A program made the position numbers and the translations under genes. A stretch of 64,000 nt of DNA. Source: an uncultured Gammaproteobacteria bacterium (GTDB taxonomy: Bacteria; Patescibacteriota; Patescibacteriia; Magasanikbacterales; UBA922). This document shows, piece after piece, positions 37,798 through 46,655 of the stretch; the stretch's first letter is position 1, and every line of letters starts with the position of its first letter. The notes under the pieces are model-generated. The model ran no database searches. It was not told the DNA's origin and worked only from the letters and a program-made list of their open reading frames with translations. Location: contig CAYSXR010000001.1 of the NCBI GenBank assembly GCA_964435035.1, forward strand, positions 144,192-208,191. Direction: 5' to 3'.

Positions 37798-38346
37798 TTA
37801 TTTCCGCACCACGACTGCAGTCACTTTCTTGCCCTGTCTCGTGATTTCTTGCTCAAATTTTACGGGGACCTTTGGTTCGAGCTTTTTGACCATGGTATCG
37901 ATGATTTCGTTCGCCAAATCACCTCTTGCATTCTCTCGTCCTTTGAGTACGACTTCAAGTCGTACCTTGTCCCCACGTAAGAGGAATTTCTCAGCCTGAT
38001 CAGCTTTGATCGTGAGATCATGATCGCTAATGCGGATAGAGAGACGGATTCCCTTGATTTCACTCACATGTGAATGAGCTTTTTGTTTGCGAGCTTCTTT
38101 TTCTTTTTGATACTTAAATTCAGTAAAATCAATCAGTTTTACGACGGGAGGAGTGCTTTTAGGGTTGATTTCAACTAGATCCAGTTCTTTCTCTTCTGCA
38201 AGAGCAAGTGCTTCTTTCGCAGTCATGACATTGATTCGTTTACCTTCTTCATCAAGAACCATAACTTCAGGAGAGTCAATTTCCTGATTTTTTCGATAGT
38301 GTGCAATGAGCGGCTTATCTGGTCTTTTTTTACGGGAAATTCGCAT
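37798..38346 (-). CDS. infC: Translation initiation factor IF-3
   Basis: 182 aa with NQEIDSPEVMVLDEEG.., the C-domain KGIRLSIRISDHDL, and conserved infC-rpmI-rplT order. The true start codon is uncertain. Confidence 0.88.
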   Translation of the reverse strand: MRISRKKRPDKPLIAHYRKNQEIDSPEVMVLDEEGKRINVMTAKEALALAEEKELDLVEINPKSTPPVVKLIDFTEFKYQKEKEARKQKAHSHVSEIKGIRLSIRISDHDLTIKADQAEKFLLRGDKVRLEVVLKGRENARGDLANEIIDTMVKKLEPKVPVKFEQEITRQGKKVTAVVVRK

Positions 38347-38374
38347 AGTTTAAAGTGAAAGGTAAATTTAAGTT

Positions 38375-38647
38375 CTACAAAGTTGAGTTATTTTCTAGAT
38401 AATATCTTAATTGTTTTTTTAAAAACTTCCATCCTGATCCACTTTTAAGAAATTTTTCTCTTCCGGTAGCATCTTTTTTGTTTAGATACAGTTCTGCATA
38501 AATTAATTTCCATGGCATGTGTTTTTTTGTTGATATCGTTGAACCTTGATTATGTTGAATTATTCTACGTTTAATATCCGTAGTCCAGCCGATATAATGC
38601 CGATTTGGGTCTTTAATTGATTCAATAAAATAAACTACATAATACAT
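38375..38647 (-). CDS. GIY-YIG nuclease family protein (small, stand-alone)
   Basis: 90 aa: YYVVYFIES...HYIGWTTDIKRRIIQHNQG supplies the GIY/YIG/Arg/His-Asn motif order. Confidence 0.8.
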   Translation of the reverse strand: MYYVVYFIESIKDPNRHYIGWTTDIKRRIIQHNQGSTISTKKHMPWKLIYAELYLNKKDATGREKFLKSGSGWKFLKKQLRYYLENNSTL

Positions 38648-38747
38648 ACTTCCTCCTTAAAAAAGTTGTATTGGCAGTGCCACGAGGGCGCGCTGTGCTT
38701 AGTAATGTTGCTGCCACGTAAAGTCGCTACGCTCCTACGTGGCACTC

Positions 38748-38774
38748 AAAGGCGCTCTGAGAATCGCGCCTTTT
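38748..38774. terminator. Bidirectional hairpin terminator 3' of tmRNA
   Basis: aaaggcgc-tctgagaatc-gcgcctttt. Confidence 0.65.
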
Positions 38775-38776
38775 CG

Positions 38777-39173
38777 TGGAGATGCCGGGAGTCGAACCCG
38801 GGTCTAGACGGGTTACCCCGATACTCTACATGTGTATCGATGTTTGGTGTTTCGCATACGAATATGAAACATCGAAAAATATCGCATGCTATCGCATGAA
38901 TGGTTTCAACTAACTTCCATACGAACAAAGTTAGTCTACGCTCGAACTAGGGTTGGCACCGTGGATCCACCATCGAGTATCGTGGGTACGATGGTCGTAG
39001 TGATTTAGGCTACAACAGAAGCAAAGCTAGGCATACTGAAAGCTTTCGCTACAGTGTTTTTAGCTCGCTCGAACAAGTTTGCACTTGTGGAATTGCCTAT
39101 TTGTTACAGAGACAGGCACTCTGACATGCATATACAAGATAACAGAATCCATCTATCGAAGCCTGTCATCCCC
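38777..39173 (-). ncRNA. ssrA: tmRNA (SsrA)
   Basis: 5' GGGGAUGACAGGCUUCGAUAG pairs with 3' ..GGGUUCGACUCCCGGCAUCUCCA, giving an acceptor stem with a G3:U pair and a T-arm. An internal tag frame ends ..PSFASVVA-UAA (stop at 39005-39007). It is adjacent to smpB. Confidence 0.9.
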
Positions 39174-39198
39174 GTTGGTCTTTTGTAAAGGACGCTCA

Positions 39199-39651
39199 TT
39201 AGTCGTCTCTTCCGTGCTTCAATATTCGTTGGAGCGATCGTTTGCTCTCTCGTTCTTTTATCGTACGGCGCTTGTCATGGGTTTTTTTACCTTTGGCAAT
39301 ACCGATCTCAAGTTTGATTAAAGTTCCCTTAGTATAGAGGGAAAGTGGCACGATTGTCAAGCCTTTTTCCTCGGTTTTTCCGCGTAAATAATTGATTTCT
39401 TTGGTACTCAAAAGTAATTTTCTGGTGGCATCGGGGACATAATGGGGATTGGTCGCGTACCGATAGGCTCCAATATGCATGTTTACGATTGTCGCACTTC
39501 GGCCTCTCACCATCACAAAACTCCCGTCTAATTTGGCACTGCCATTGCGGATAGATTTTACCTCGGCTCCAGTCAATACCAAACCTGCCTCGAGACTCTC
39601 AAGGATTTCATAGTCGAATCGTACTTTTTTATGAGTGGCGAGTGTAGGCAT
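39199..39651 (-). CDS. smpB: SsrA-binding protein SmpB
   Basis: ATHKKVRFDYEILESLEAGLVLTGAEVKSIRNG. Start moved to ATG 39651 because a ttgcaa-16-tatact promoter lies inside the longer ORF. Confidence 0.88.
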   Translation of the reverse strand: MPTLATHKKVRFDYEILESLEAGLVLTGAEVKSIRNGSAKLDGSFVMVRGRSATIVNMHIGAYRYATNPHYVPDATRKLLLSTKEINYLRGKTEEKGLTIVPLSLYTKGTLIKLEIGIAKGKKTHDKRRTIKERESKRSLQRILKHGRDD

Positions 39652-39746
39652 AATCAGTGCCAAGTATAGCGTATTTTTGCTATTTTGCAAGATAGAGGGG
39701 AAAAGTGTATACTTACCGTTACTTTATCGTATACCTAATCGTTTAT

Positions 39747-40187
39747 ATGGACACTGAATTCTCATCAACCAGAAAAATACCAGTCGTTATGTGGATTGTT
39801 TTAGGAGTAGTATTGGTCTCCGCCATTGCATTGGGAATATGGGCATTCCGTCATAAGGGTGAGATTTTGCCAGGTGGATTTGGTGGTACGAATGATTCAG
39901 GAAGTGCAACTACCCCTGTTCTCACGGAAAAAGAAATTAAAGATCGGTATGTGGCGTCACTTACTGCGATCGCGACCGAAGTTCAGACAATGAATGTTAC
40001 AAGTCAGGCTGAACTAGTAGAAAAAGTAGAAGAGAAACTGATGGAAGTTCGGGTACCAGGTGAGCGGAGAGATCTGTTTATACACACATTTTTAGCAATT
40101 GGAAAATTACGAGAGACAGGAGAGAATAGTGATGTGCTCAAAACAAAAATTCTGCAATTAATTAACTCATTGCGTACATCAACATAA
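39747..40187 (+). CDS. Hypothetical membrane-anchored protein
   Basis: One TM helix (VVMWIVLGVVLVSAIALGIWAF) followed by a helical domain. Start taken at the internal ATG 39747. Confidence 0.55.
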   Translation: MDTEFSSTRKIPVVMWIVLGVVLVSAIALGIWAFRHKGEILPGGFGGTNDSGSATTPVLTEKEIKDRYVASLTAIATEVQTMNVTSQAELVEKVEEKLMEVRVPGERRDLFIHTFLAIGKLRETGENSDVLKTKILQLINSLRTST

Positions 40188-40212
40188 GTTCTTGGTTGAT
40201 TGAGAAGTAGCT

Positions 40213-40968
40213 ATGAATAAAACGTTTACTATCAAAATAATTTCATGGCTTCTGCCATCGGTGGTACTTCTTGTTATTTTATTATTTCCCGATCTTTTTG
40301 TTGCACTCCTTGCGAGTGCAGTATGGTTTGGGTACATGGCGTATGTAGCAATCGTGTACCGGAGCCAGATTTATGAGCTACTTACCCAAGTCTTCACCAT
40401 GTTTTCACTGTTGTGGCTTCTGTTTCTGGTAGAGTCGTTGACCCTTCGGTGGTTTTTGGTCGGCATCTCACTTCCATTTTTCTTCTTTTTGATCTGGATG
40501 AGCTCAGAGCTTACGGGGATGCTCGTGCATATACAGGAGAAGCCGCTTCGCCGTATACGCATGATGATTCATGTGTTCAATATGTATGCAGGATGTCTTG
40601 CGTTATTTGCGGTAAATATTTTTTTTCCAGGAATTCCGTTTGTGGCTGTTGCAGTGATTGGAGGAATGTATGCGGCAATCATCTCATTACTTATTTGGAA
40701 ATTATATTTCAAAGTACCCATTCGTGAATTTGCCTTGCCTCTTCTTGCAGTATCAGTCGGTGTGACCGAACTTATGTGGGCATTGCATTTGATGCCATTT
40801 GGATATCTCGCACAAGGGCTGCTCGTGGTATGGGTATGGTATATATTACAGCTCTTAGTTCGTTTTCATCGAAGTCCTCGGGGAATTGTGTGGAAAGAAC
40901 AGGCTATTTTTTTGGGTATCAACGCTGTATTATTTATGTCAGTACTTGCATTTATTCGCTGGGTTTGA
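40213..40968 (+). CDS. Polytopic integral membrane protein, hypothetical
   Basis: 251 aa with about 7-8 hydrophobic helices and no recognised motif. Confidence 0.6.
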   Translation: MNKTFTIKIISWLLPSVVLLVILLFPDLFVALLASAVWFGYMAYVAIVYRSQIYELLTQVFTMFSLLWLLFLVESLTLRWFLVGISLPFFFFLIWMSSELTGMLVHIQEKPLRRIRMMIHVFNMYAGCLALFAVNIFFPGIPFVAVAVIGGMYAAIISLLIWKLYFKVPIREFALPLLAVSVGVTELMWALHLMPFGYLAQGLLVVWVWYILQLLVRFHRSPRGIVWKEQAIFLGINAVLFMSVLAFIRWV

Positions 40969-41016
40969 GAAGTTTAGAGTAGTTTAGGTTAATTAGAATA
41001 ATTTGTATTAATTTGT

Positions 41017-42069
41017 ATGTCCCATCCTCCACATCTACCACTTCCTGAAAAAGATTCTTCAATACAGGTGCAACAGCAGAGGATGTTTGTCATACTGGTA
41101 AATGTGGTATTATCTCTTGGTGCAGGGATAGTTGGGGCACTGAGTGTATTCGCGTGGATTATTCCTGGCGGGTATATAGATGGTGGAGTATTAGTTTCTA
41201 GAGGACAATCTGGATTCAATACTGCTGTATATAATGAGCCAGAAATTTCAGTAATACGAAAAGTGAAAAATGTTACTGCTGATGTATTTCAGAAAAGTCA
41301 GATTCTTCCGAATGGGTATTATGGAAGTGAGGCGCAAGTTGGTAGTGGTGTGATGCTTACCTCTAATGGGTGGGGGGTAGTGTATGCTCCACAATTAGTG
41401 AGTGCAGGAACAATTCCCGCACTCACCGTGCGAGATGCTCAGGGTGTGTGGTACACACCAGACATGGTAGTTGCAGATAAAGAAAATGGACTCGTGTATT
41501 TCAAACTCACGGGAAACGAATTTTATGTAACGACTTTTCCTGATTGGCGGACCCTTGCAACGGGAGGCGAAGTTTGGACTTTTACCGGACGTGAATGGAG
41601 AGGTCGAGTCTTAGGAGAAATGGAGCCTGTTTCAGATGAGATGGTGTTTGCTGCGGTAGACGAACACACTCGATTTAGGTTGTCTCCGGTGAGTACGATA
41701 AATACGGGCACCGTTATTTCAGATGCAGGAGATTTTATTGGATTTAGTGATGCAAATGGAGTATTGCATGATGCATGGATTATTGAATATTCAATTCCAA
41801 AATTACTCGAGTTGGGTGTAATCGAAAAAGCAGAGATAGAGTGGAAAGGTTCGATAGTCGAAGCAATGGAAGAGGGAAAATTAGTCAAAGGATTTTTGGT
41901 TGATCAACCAGGGAAAACAACGGTGAATGGGCTCAAGCGGGGGGATATTGTACGTGCAGTTAATGGGACTCCTGTTACTGAAATGAATCTCTATCGTCTA
42001 GTGAGGGAAACACCACTAAACGCGACGATATGGAGAGATGGGCAAGTTTTTGATATACTAGTACCGTAA
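41017..42069 (+). CDS. Membrane-anchored PDZ-domain protein with degenerate trypsin/HtrA-like region (tentative)
   Basis: TM helix, then GSGVMLTSNGWGV resembling the HtrA N-lobe. C-terminal PDZ-like LKRGDIVRAVNGTPVTEMNLYRLV. No clear GNSGGP catalytic Ser motif. Confidence 0.5.
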   Translation: MSHPPHLPLPEKDSSIQVQQQRMFVILVNVVLSLGAGIVGALSVFAWIIPGGYIDGGVLVSRGQSGFNTAVYNEPEISVIRKVKNVTADVFQKSQILPNGYYGSEAQVGSGVMLTSNGWGVVYAPQLVSAGTIPALTVRDAQGVWYTPDMVVADKENGLVYFKLTGNEFYVTTFPDWRTLATGGEVWTFTGREWRGRVLGEMEPVSDEMVFAAVDEHTRFRLSPVSTINTGTVISDAGDFIGFSDANGVLHDAWIIEYSIPKLLELGVIEKAEIEWKGSIVEAMEEGKLVKGFLVDQPGKTTVNGLKRGDIVRAVNGTPVTEMNLYRLVRETPLNATIWRDGQVFDILVP

Positions 42070-42070
42070 G

Positions 42071-42183
42071 TAAATTCAAAACTTAAATCTCAAAATTCAA
42101 AACTGGAATTCAAAATTCCGGGAGATGAAAGTTTTAAGATTTAAGTTATAGTTTTGAACTTTGAGTTTTACATTTTGAATTTA
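42071..42183. repeat. A/T-word intergenic repeat (family C, copy 1)
   Basis: Built from aaattcaaaac / cttaaa / gttttgaac words. Shares the exact 20-mer gttttgaactttgagtttta with 61816-61835 and the 16-mer aaattcaaaacttaaa with 51673-51688. Confidence 0.6.
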
Positions 42184-42220
42184 ATATATTATTTCCATCA
42201 CTATTTAAACTTAGTCTACT

Positions 42221-42832
42221 ATGGACCTCCCCATGACTCATTCACCAATGAAACGCCTCGCCAGATCAAAAAAATTGCTTATTGCGGTCGGAATACTCTG
42301 TGGATTGATTGCGGGAGGGGCAACATTAGCATTTCCACTCAAATATCGGGCAGACGCACAGGTTTATATTCTTTCTCAGGCACGTTTTGGAGTTGATCCC
42401 TATACGGTTGCAAAATCAGGAGAACGAATTGCCGAGAATTTGGCACAGATCATGAAGACCGAAGATTTTTATGAAAAAACAAAATCAGAAACCAGCTACG
42501 CAGTAGACTGGAGTTATTTTGAAAACAAGACGCTAAGAGATCGAAAAAAAATGTGGGAGAAAACAATTGATCCAGCGGTAGTGTATGGATCAAGCGTGCT
42601 CACGGTAAGCGCGTATCACGAAGAACCTGCACAGGCAATCGCAATTGCAGGTGCAGCAGCGACTGCTCTCGTCACCAAGACAAGTGAGTACGTAGGTGGT
42701 GATGTATCGATTCGATTGGTGAGTCGCCCTATCGCGACACAGTTTCCGGTAAAACCAAATCCACTCGTGAATGCATTTCTGGGAGCCGGAGTGGGAATAC
42801 TTTTTGCGGCTCTGCTATTACTTAGAAAATAG
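42221..42832 (+). CDS. Wzz-like polysaccharide chain-length determinant (PCP) protein
   Basis: 203 aa with an N-terminal TM after KRLARSKK. The C-terminal proline motif PVKPNPLVNAFLGAGVGILFAALLLL is typical of PCP TM2. Confidence 0.7.
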   Translation: MDLPMTHSPMKRLARSKKLLIAVGILCGLIAGGATLAFPLKYRADAQVYILSQARFGVDPYTVAKSGERIAENLAQIMKTEDFYEKTKSETSYAVDWSYFENKTLRDRKKMWEKTIDPAVVYGSSVLTVSAYHEEPAQAIAIAGAAATALVTKTSEYVGGDVSIRLVSRPIATQFPVKPNPLVNAFLGAGVGILFAALLLLRK

Positions 42833-42848
42833 ATATTAATTTTTTTCT

Positions 42849-43172
42849 ATGCCTGGTCCGCTTTATTTTACTGATGAATATATTCGGAAACTGTTGGTAG
42901 AAGAATCGATTACATTTTCAGAAGCTGAAAGCAGGGTGTATATCCCGCGTTTTGTTGCACTGATAGAAGAAAAACTGGGTGGCGTACTCATGGAAAAACT
43001 CACTGATGCTCAACTTACTGAATTCGAAAAGCTATTTTCAGATGCACAGACTACTGGAGAACAGTGGAAAATATTTTGGAACAAAAGTATTCCGAATTTT
43101 TCTCTGTTTGTGGAGGAATACTTGCATAGCTGCACCGGAGAACTCAAAGGGCTTTTGAAAAATAATGTATAG
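42849..43172 (+). CDS. Hypothetical protein
   Basis: 107 aa, helical, first gene of a tightly packed three-gene unit. Confidence 0.55.
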   Translation: MPGPLYFTDEYIRKLLVEESITFSEAESRVYIPRFVALIEEKLGGVLMEKLTDAQLTEFEKLFSDAQTTGEQWKIFWNKSIPNFSLFVEEYLHSCTGELKGLLKNNV

Positions 43173-43377
43173 AGGTATGTCGCAGATGAAAGATTTTGGT
43201 GTACAAAAATCAACCCTGCATGAAGCGGATGTGCTTCTTGGTGAGTACGAAGAATTAATGGTAGAAATTAGGGATTTGAAAAAGAAAGCGATGCGTCTAT
43301 ACTCGGAGGTAGAGAAAGACCAGAATAAATCAGAAGTCGTACAAGCTCTTGGAAAAATTTTAGAAATTCCTGAATAA
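43165..43377 (+). CDS. Hypothetical small coiled-coil protein
   Basis: 70 aa. Its start overlaps the upstream stop by 8 nt (ATGTATAG), suggesting translational coupling. Confidence 0.5.
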   Translation: MYRGMSQMKDFGVQKSTLHEADVLLGEYEELMVEIRDLKKKAMRLYSEVEKDQNKSEVVQALGKILEIPE

Positions 43378-43399
43378 ATTATTTTTTAAATCTGTGTGT

Positions 43400-46240
43400 A
43401 TGGTAGCGATATCCCCCGAACAATCAGTACCGCAAGAATCACGAAAGAAAAAAACACCTGATACGGTAAAAATAGAGAAATATAGTGAGGTGTGGGAGCA
43501 TGCAAAAAATCTGGAGGGTAAAATAAAAAAACTCAAAGAACATGCAATCGATGCGGATGAAATCGGAGAAATAGAAGGTATTCTCAAAGATGCAAAAGGA
43601 TATTTTTCTAGATTTGGAGAGAAAAAAGATAAAGGCAGAAGTGTTGCTCAGCTTGAAGAGAGGCGTAAGGCTGCAGTAGAAAAACTTACTGACCTTAATC
43701 GGCGCATGGTGTCGATGCTTGAAAAATTAGGACAACCAATTCCTAATACTCTTTTGTCGTACAAAGACAGTGGATTTGTTGATATTGTAAAAGAATCTAA
43801 TAAAGAAGGGTTGTCTGAAGAAAAAAAAGAAGAAGTGTCTGAAGTTGTGGGTGCTCATATAATTCAGCCCCCTGAAAATTATTCTAAAGAGTCATTGGGT
43901 GATTCAGAAATTGGTGGTGTGAATAGTATCGAGGCGCCAGAGAAGAAGGAAGAAGTGTTGGTTTCTGCCGAAGAGTCGCCTGTAAATGTACGAGAGGAAT
44001 CATCCTCACCTGAAACACCAATAGAAGATGTTATCAAGATTTCTTCAGGAGGAAAAACATATGAATTCGGCTGGCACGAACAGGTGGTTTACACTACTGC
44101 AAAGGGTAAGCAGCTTGAGTGTATTGTGCTTGGAAAATCAAATGATGAGAATAAGCCGGGGCTTATTTTGAAAGATCTTGAAAAAGGAAAAGTATTTGCT
44201 CTTGGTGCAGATGCGGTTGCAAAACGGGTACATGTTTCTGATGGTGAAATAGTTTCTCCACGTGTAGAAAATAATAAGGCCGATTCTGGTCAATCTGCTG
44301 AAGGTGAAGATATTGATAGAGAAGAAAAAGCTGCTCTTGAAAAAATGAAAAAAGACCAGAGGGAAGTAGAAGAGAAAAAAGCTCAAGAATTAAGTGAATT
44401 ATTAGCACAAGCTGGAAAGTCTGCCGAAGATGACACTTCATTTGTACACACAAGCACAGATGAGAGGGGAAGTTTCGATCAGAAGATGGTTGATAAACTT
44501 GTAGCTGATGGATCGATTGAAAAAATTAACACGTTATTGAAAAATAAATCCGAGGTGTGGGTACAGGAAGATGGTAAATGGTATCAGGGTGTAGTGCAAG
44601 ATATTACCGGAGCACAGGTGGGTGTTACTGTAGGAGAGGAGGGTCGAGAGAAAAAATATTTCTATGTGGATGCTGAAGAATTTTTGGGCATGCAGGATCG
44701 AGCGAAAAAATTGTTGAAATACAAAAAAGAATTAGAGCTTCCCTCGGTGGTGGTGGACACCGAATTCCTCGCTCGTCCAGATACGATCACCAAAGGTGAA
44801 ATTTTTACTCCTCCGACCGAGAGAAAGACCGTACCTGACGTGCCTCTAGTGAGTATTGATACTCCATTGCCGGTACGAGAACGAAAAACCTACCCAGAAG
44901 TTTCAGAAAAAAAAGCAATACAGATGATTCAATCAGTCGCTGAAGAATTTGAAAAAACATGGAAAGGAATGCGCATGATGACGACAGAAAAACAAAAGAC
45001 CGGATGGCTCCAGAGTAAGGAAGTTGAACGAGAGATGACGGTGACAGAAAAAAAGGAGCAATTAGAAGCGTGGCTTGATATGGTGGAGCAGGCATTTGAT
45101 TCACTCGACAAGCAAAAAGATGGGACACACATGGAAAAACCAGTACTCATGTGGCATCAGGCACAGGCATTAATTCGCGCATTAGAAAATGAACTTCGGT
45201 ATACAGAAGAAACGAATAAAAGTGAAGAGTGGGATCACGCACTTGAGGCTTTTAGTAGTATAATTAATGAAAGAAGCACACGTCTCAAGGAAAAAAAGAA
45301 AGGGTCATTGATTGCACCGTGGGCCATGAAAACGACACTTGCTGCCTTGGGTGCTTTTGCAATCGGAAATGCAACAAACAATCGAATAGAAGATGTGGCT
45401 GCAGTGAGTGAACGATATATGGAAGCAGGTGAAAAAAAATATGAATTACCCAGAGAAGAACATACGGGTGATGCACAGAGAAATATGCTAGATTTTGTAA
45501 TTAATATGAATCGGATGATAAACGAGCCCACACTTTCGATAACACCCGTTGCAATTGATGCTCGACTTACTCCACAGATCAAGGATAAAATATCAGGGAA
45601 AGTTCCGGGTTTGGCTGGTGCAGAAATAGCATCTGATGGAAAATCAGTTACATTGACTTTTGATAATAACCAAACAGTTGAAAGTCGTCCTGAAAAAATA
45701 CAAAAGTCGGGTCGCGATAGTTGGAAACTGAAGACAGCTGAGAAAAAGGGTCCGGAGTATGGCGAACAAATGTTGAGAGAATTAAGGAAAGTATTGGGTG
45801 AAGTAAAGCAAGAGTTTCCTGATATGTTTCGTGGACCAGAATCATCTTCCAAGCAAAAGAGAGTAGTAAGAACAGTAGTACAGGCCGAAAAGAAATTACG
45901 AGAAGCAGAGGTAGTAATACCGAGAAGTGGTGAGGCGAGAAGACAGTTGGAACAAGTAAAACAGGTGTTGGAACAAGTAAAACCAGGACTCGAATCTATT
46001 TCAAAAGAGATTGTAGATGAGATTAAGGCAGAGGATCTCGAATTGCCACAGGATGTATTTGTGCGTTTTAGTCGAGAGGTTACGTTTGATCCAAAGGCAG
46101 ATGCTCTATTTGAGGAATGGGGAAATGCACGAAATTCTCTCAAAGCAGCACAGGAAGCAGGAGATCAAGAGGGGGTAAAGAAAAGTAACGAGGAGTTGCG
46201 TAAGGTTATTGAAAAAATAACGAAAGAGTATAGTAAATAA
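43400..46240 (+). CDS. Large charged hypothetical protein with two SH3/Tudor-like beta segments
   Basis: About 946 aa, rich in Lys/Glu coiled-coil-like stretches, with one central hydrophobic segment (TTLAALGAFAIGNA). ATG 43400 preferred over GTG 43394. Confidence 0.6.
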   Translation: MVAISPEQSVPQESRKKKTPDTVKIEKYSEVWEHAKNLEGKIKKLKEHAIDADEIGEIEGILKDAKGYFSRFGEKKDKGRSVAQLEERRKAAVEKLTDLNRRMVSMLEKLGQPIPNTLLSYKDSGFVDIVKESNKEGLSEEKKEEVSEVVGAHIIQPPENYSKESLGDSEIGGVNSIEAPEKKEEVLVSAEESPVNVREESSSPETPIEDVIKISSGGKTYEFGWHEQVVYTTAKGKQLECIVLGKSNDENKPGLILKDLEKGKVFALGADAVAKRVHVSDGEIVSPRVENNKADSGQSAEGEDIDREEKAALEKMKKDQREVEEKKAQELSELLAQAGKSAEDDTSFVHTSTDERGSFDQKMVDKLVADGSIEKINTLLKNKSEVWVQEDGKWYQGVVQDITGAQVGVTVGEEGREKKYFYVDAEEFLGMQDRAKKLLKYKKELELPSVVVDTEFLARPDTITKGEIFTPPTERKTVPDVPLVSIDTPLPVRERKTYPEVSEKKAIQMIQSVAEEFEKTWKGMRMMTTEKQKTGWLQSKEVEREMTVTEKKEQLEAWLDMVEQAFDSLDKQKDGTHMEKPVLMWHQAQALIRALENELRYTEETNKSEEWDHALEAFSSIINERSTRLKEKKKGSLIAPWAMKTTLAALGAFAIGNATNNRIEDVAAVSERYMEAGEKKYELPREEHTGDAQRNMLDFVINMNRMINEPTLSITPVAIDARLTPQIKDKISGKVPGLAGAEIASDGKSVTLTFDNNQTVESRPEKIQKSGRDSWKLKTAEKKGPEYGEQMLRELRKVLGEVKQEFPDMFRGPESSSKQKRVVRTVVQAEKKLREAEVVIPRSGEARRQLEQVKQVLEQVKPGLESISKEIVDEIKAEDLELPQDVFVRFSREVTFDPKADALFEEWGNARNSLKAAQEAGDQEGVKKSNEELRKVIEKITKEYSK

Positions 46241-46261
46241 CATTTTGATATAGAGAAGAAA

Positions 46262-46297
46262 AATCACTGATAGCAGTCGGTGATTTTTTGTTTTTTT
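46262..46297 (+). terminator. Rho-independent terminator
   Basis: aatcactga-tagcag-tcggtgatt hairpin, then ttttttgttttttt. Confidence 0.75.
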
Positions 46298-46416
46298 AAG
46301 GTGTTTGGGCTAGAAATGTGCTAAAAAGTATGAGAGTAGTCAAAAGGGGCTACACCCTTTACTTTTTGTCAAAATTTGCATAAAGTACGTTAATGCTTAT
46401 TGTGGCAGGGGTATAC

Positions 46417-46445
46417 TTGACAAAAAGGTATAAATATGCTATAGT
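46417..46445 (+). promoter_or_regulatory. Consensus sigma70-type promoter (TTGACA-17-TATAGT) driving the GC-rich island
   Basis: acTTGACAaaaaggtataaatatgcTATAGTac is near-identical in layout to the promoter at 63780-63808. Confidence 0.7.
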
Positions 46446-46655
46446 ACTGCGTTATTTCAAAAGCCCTACATAGGTCTTCGAAATAGCAATCCAGGGGCCC
46501 CATCAGAGAGGATATGTGTCCCTTCTGATGGAGTCCCTGGTCTAGGAGCTCCCACTGTGGCCCGTTCGGGCAATAGTGAGAGCCTTAGGCTCATTACAAT
46601 CGAAGAAGCTAGAACACGTGCCCCTATGAAAGGGGTGTAAACGAGGAGATCAGAA
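46446..46655 (+). promoter_or_regulatory. Structured 5' leader of about 200 nt
   Basis: Nested helices ccaggg[ccatcaga...tctgatgg]ccctgg, gcccg-tt-cgggc, gagcc-tta-ggctc, and cccct-atgaa-agggg just before SD gaggag. No known riboswitch recognised. Confidence 0.45.

Noticed and set aside
38666-39321. ORFs 38666-38899(+), 38746-38928(-) and 39079-39321(+).
   Set aside because: They overlap the tmRNA gene (38777-39173) and smpB, and lack any protein-like features.
3261-45235. Assorted long antisense ORFs within AT-rich genes (for example 3261-3710(+), 4929-5588(-), 17241-17930(-), 20052-20660(-), 25975-26607(-), 32103-32699(-), 35894-36370(+), 45235-46143(-)).
   Set aside because: Each lies entirely within, and antisense to, a CDS with strong motif support. 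Their translations are low-complexity Ser/Pro/Thr/Ile-rich with no motifs.
46446-46655. Leader as a TPP (or other known) riboswitch.
   Set aside because: There is a superficial resemblance (GGGG..UCAGAGAGG..CCCUUCUGAUGG). However, the CUGAGA and ACCUGAUCUGGAUAAUGCCAGCG cores are absent, and I could not identify core sequences of the other riboswitch classes.
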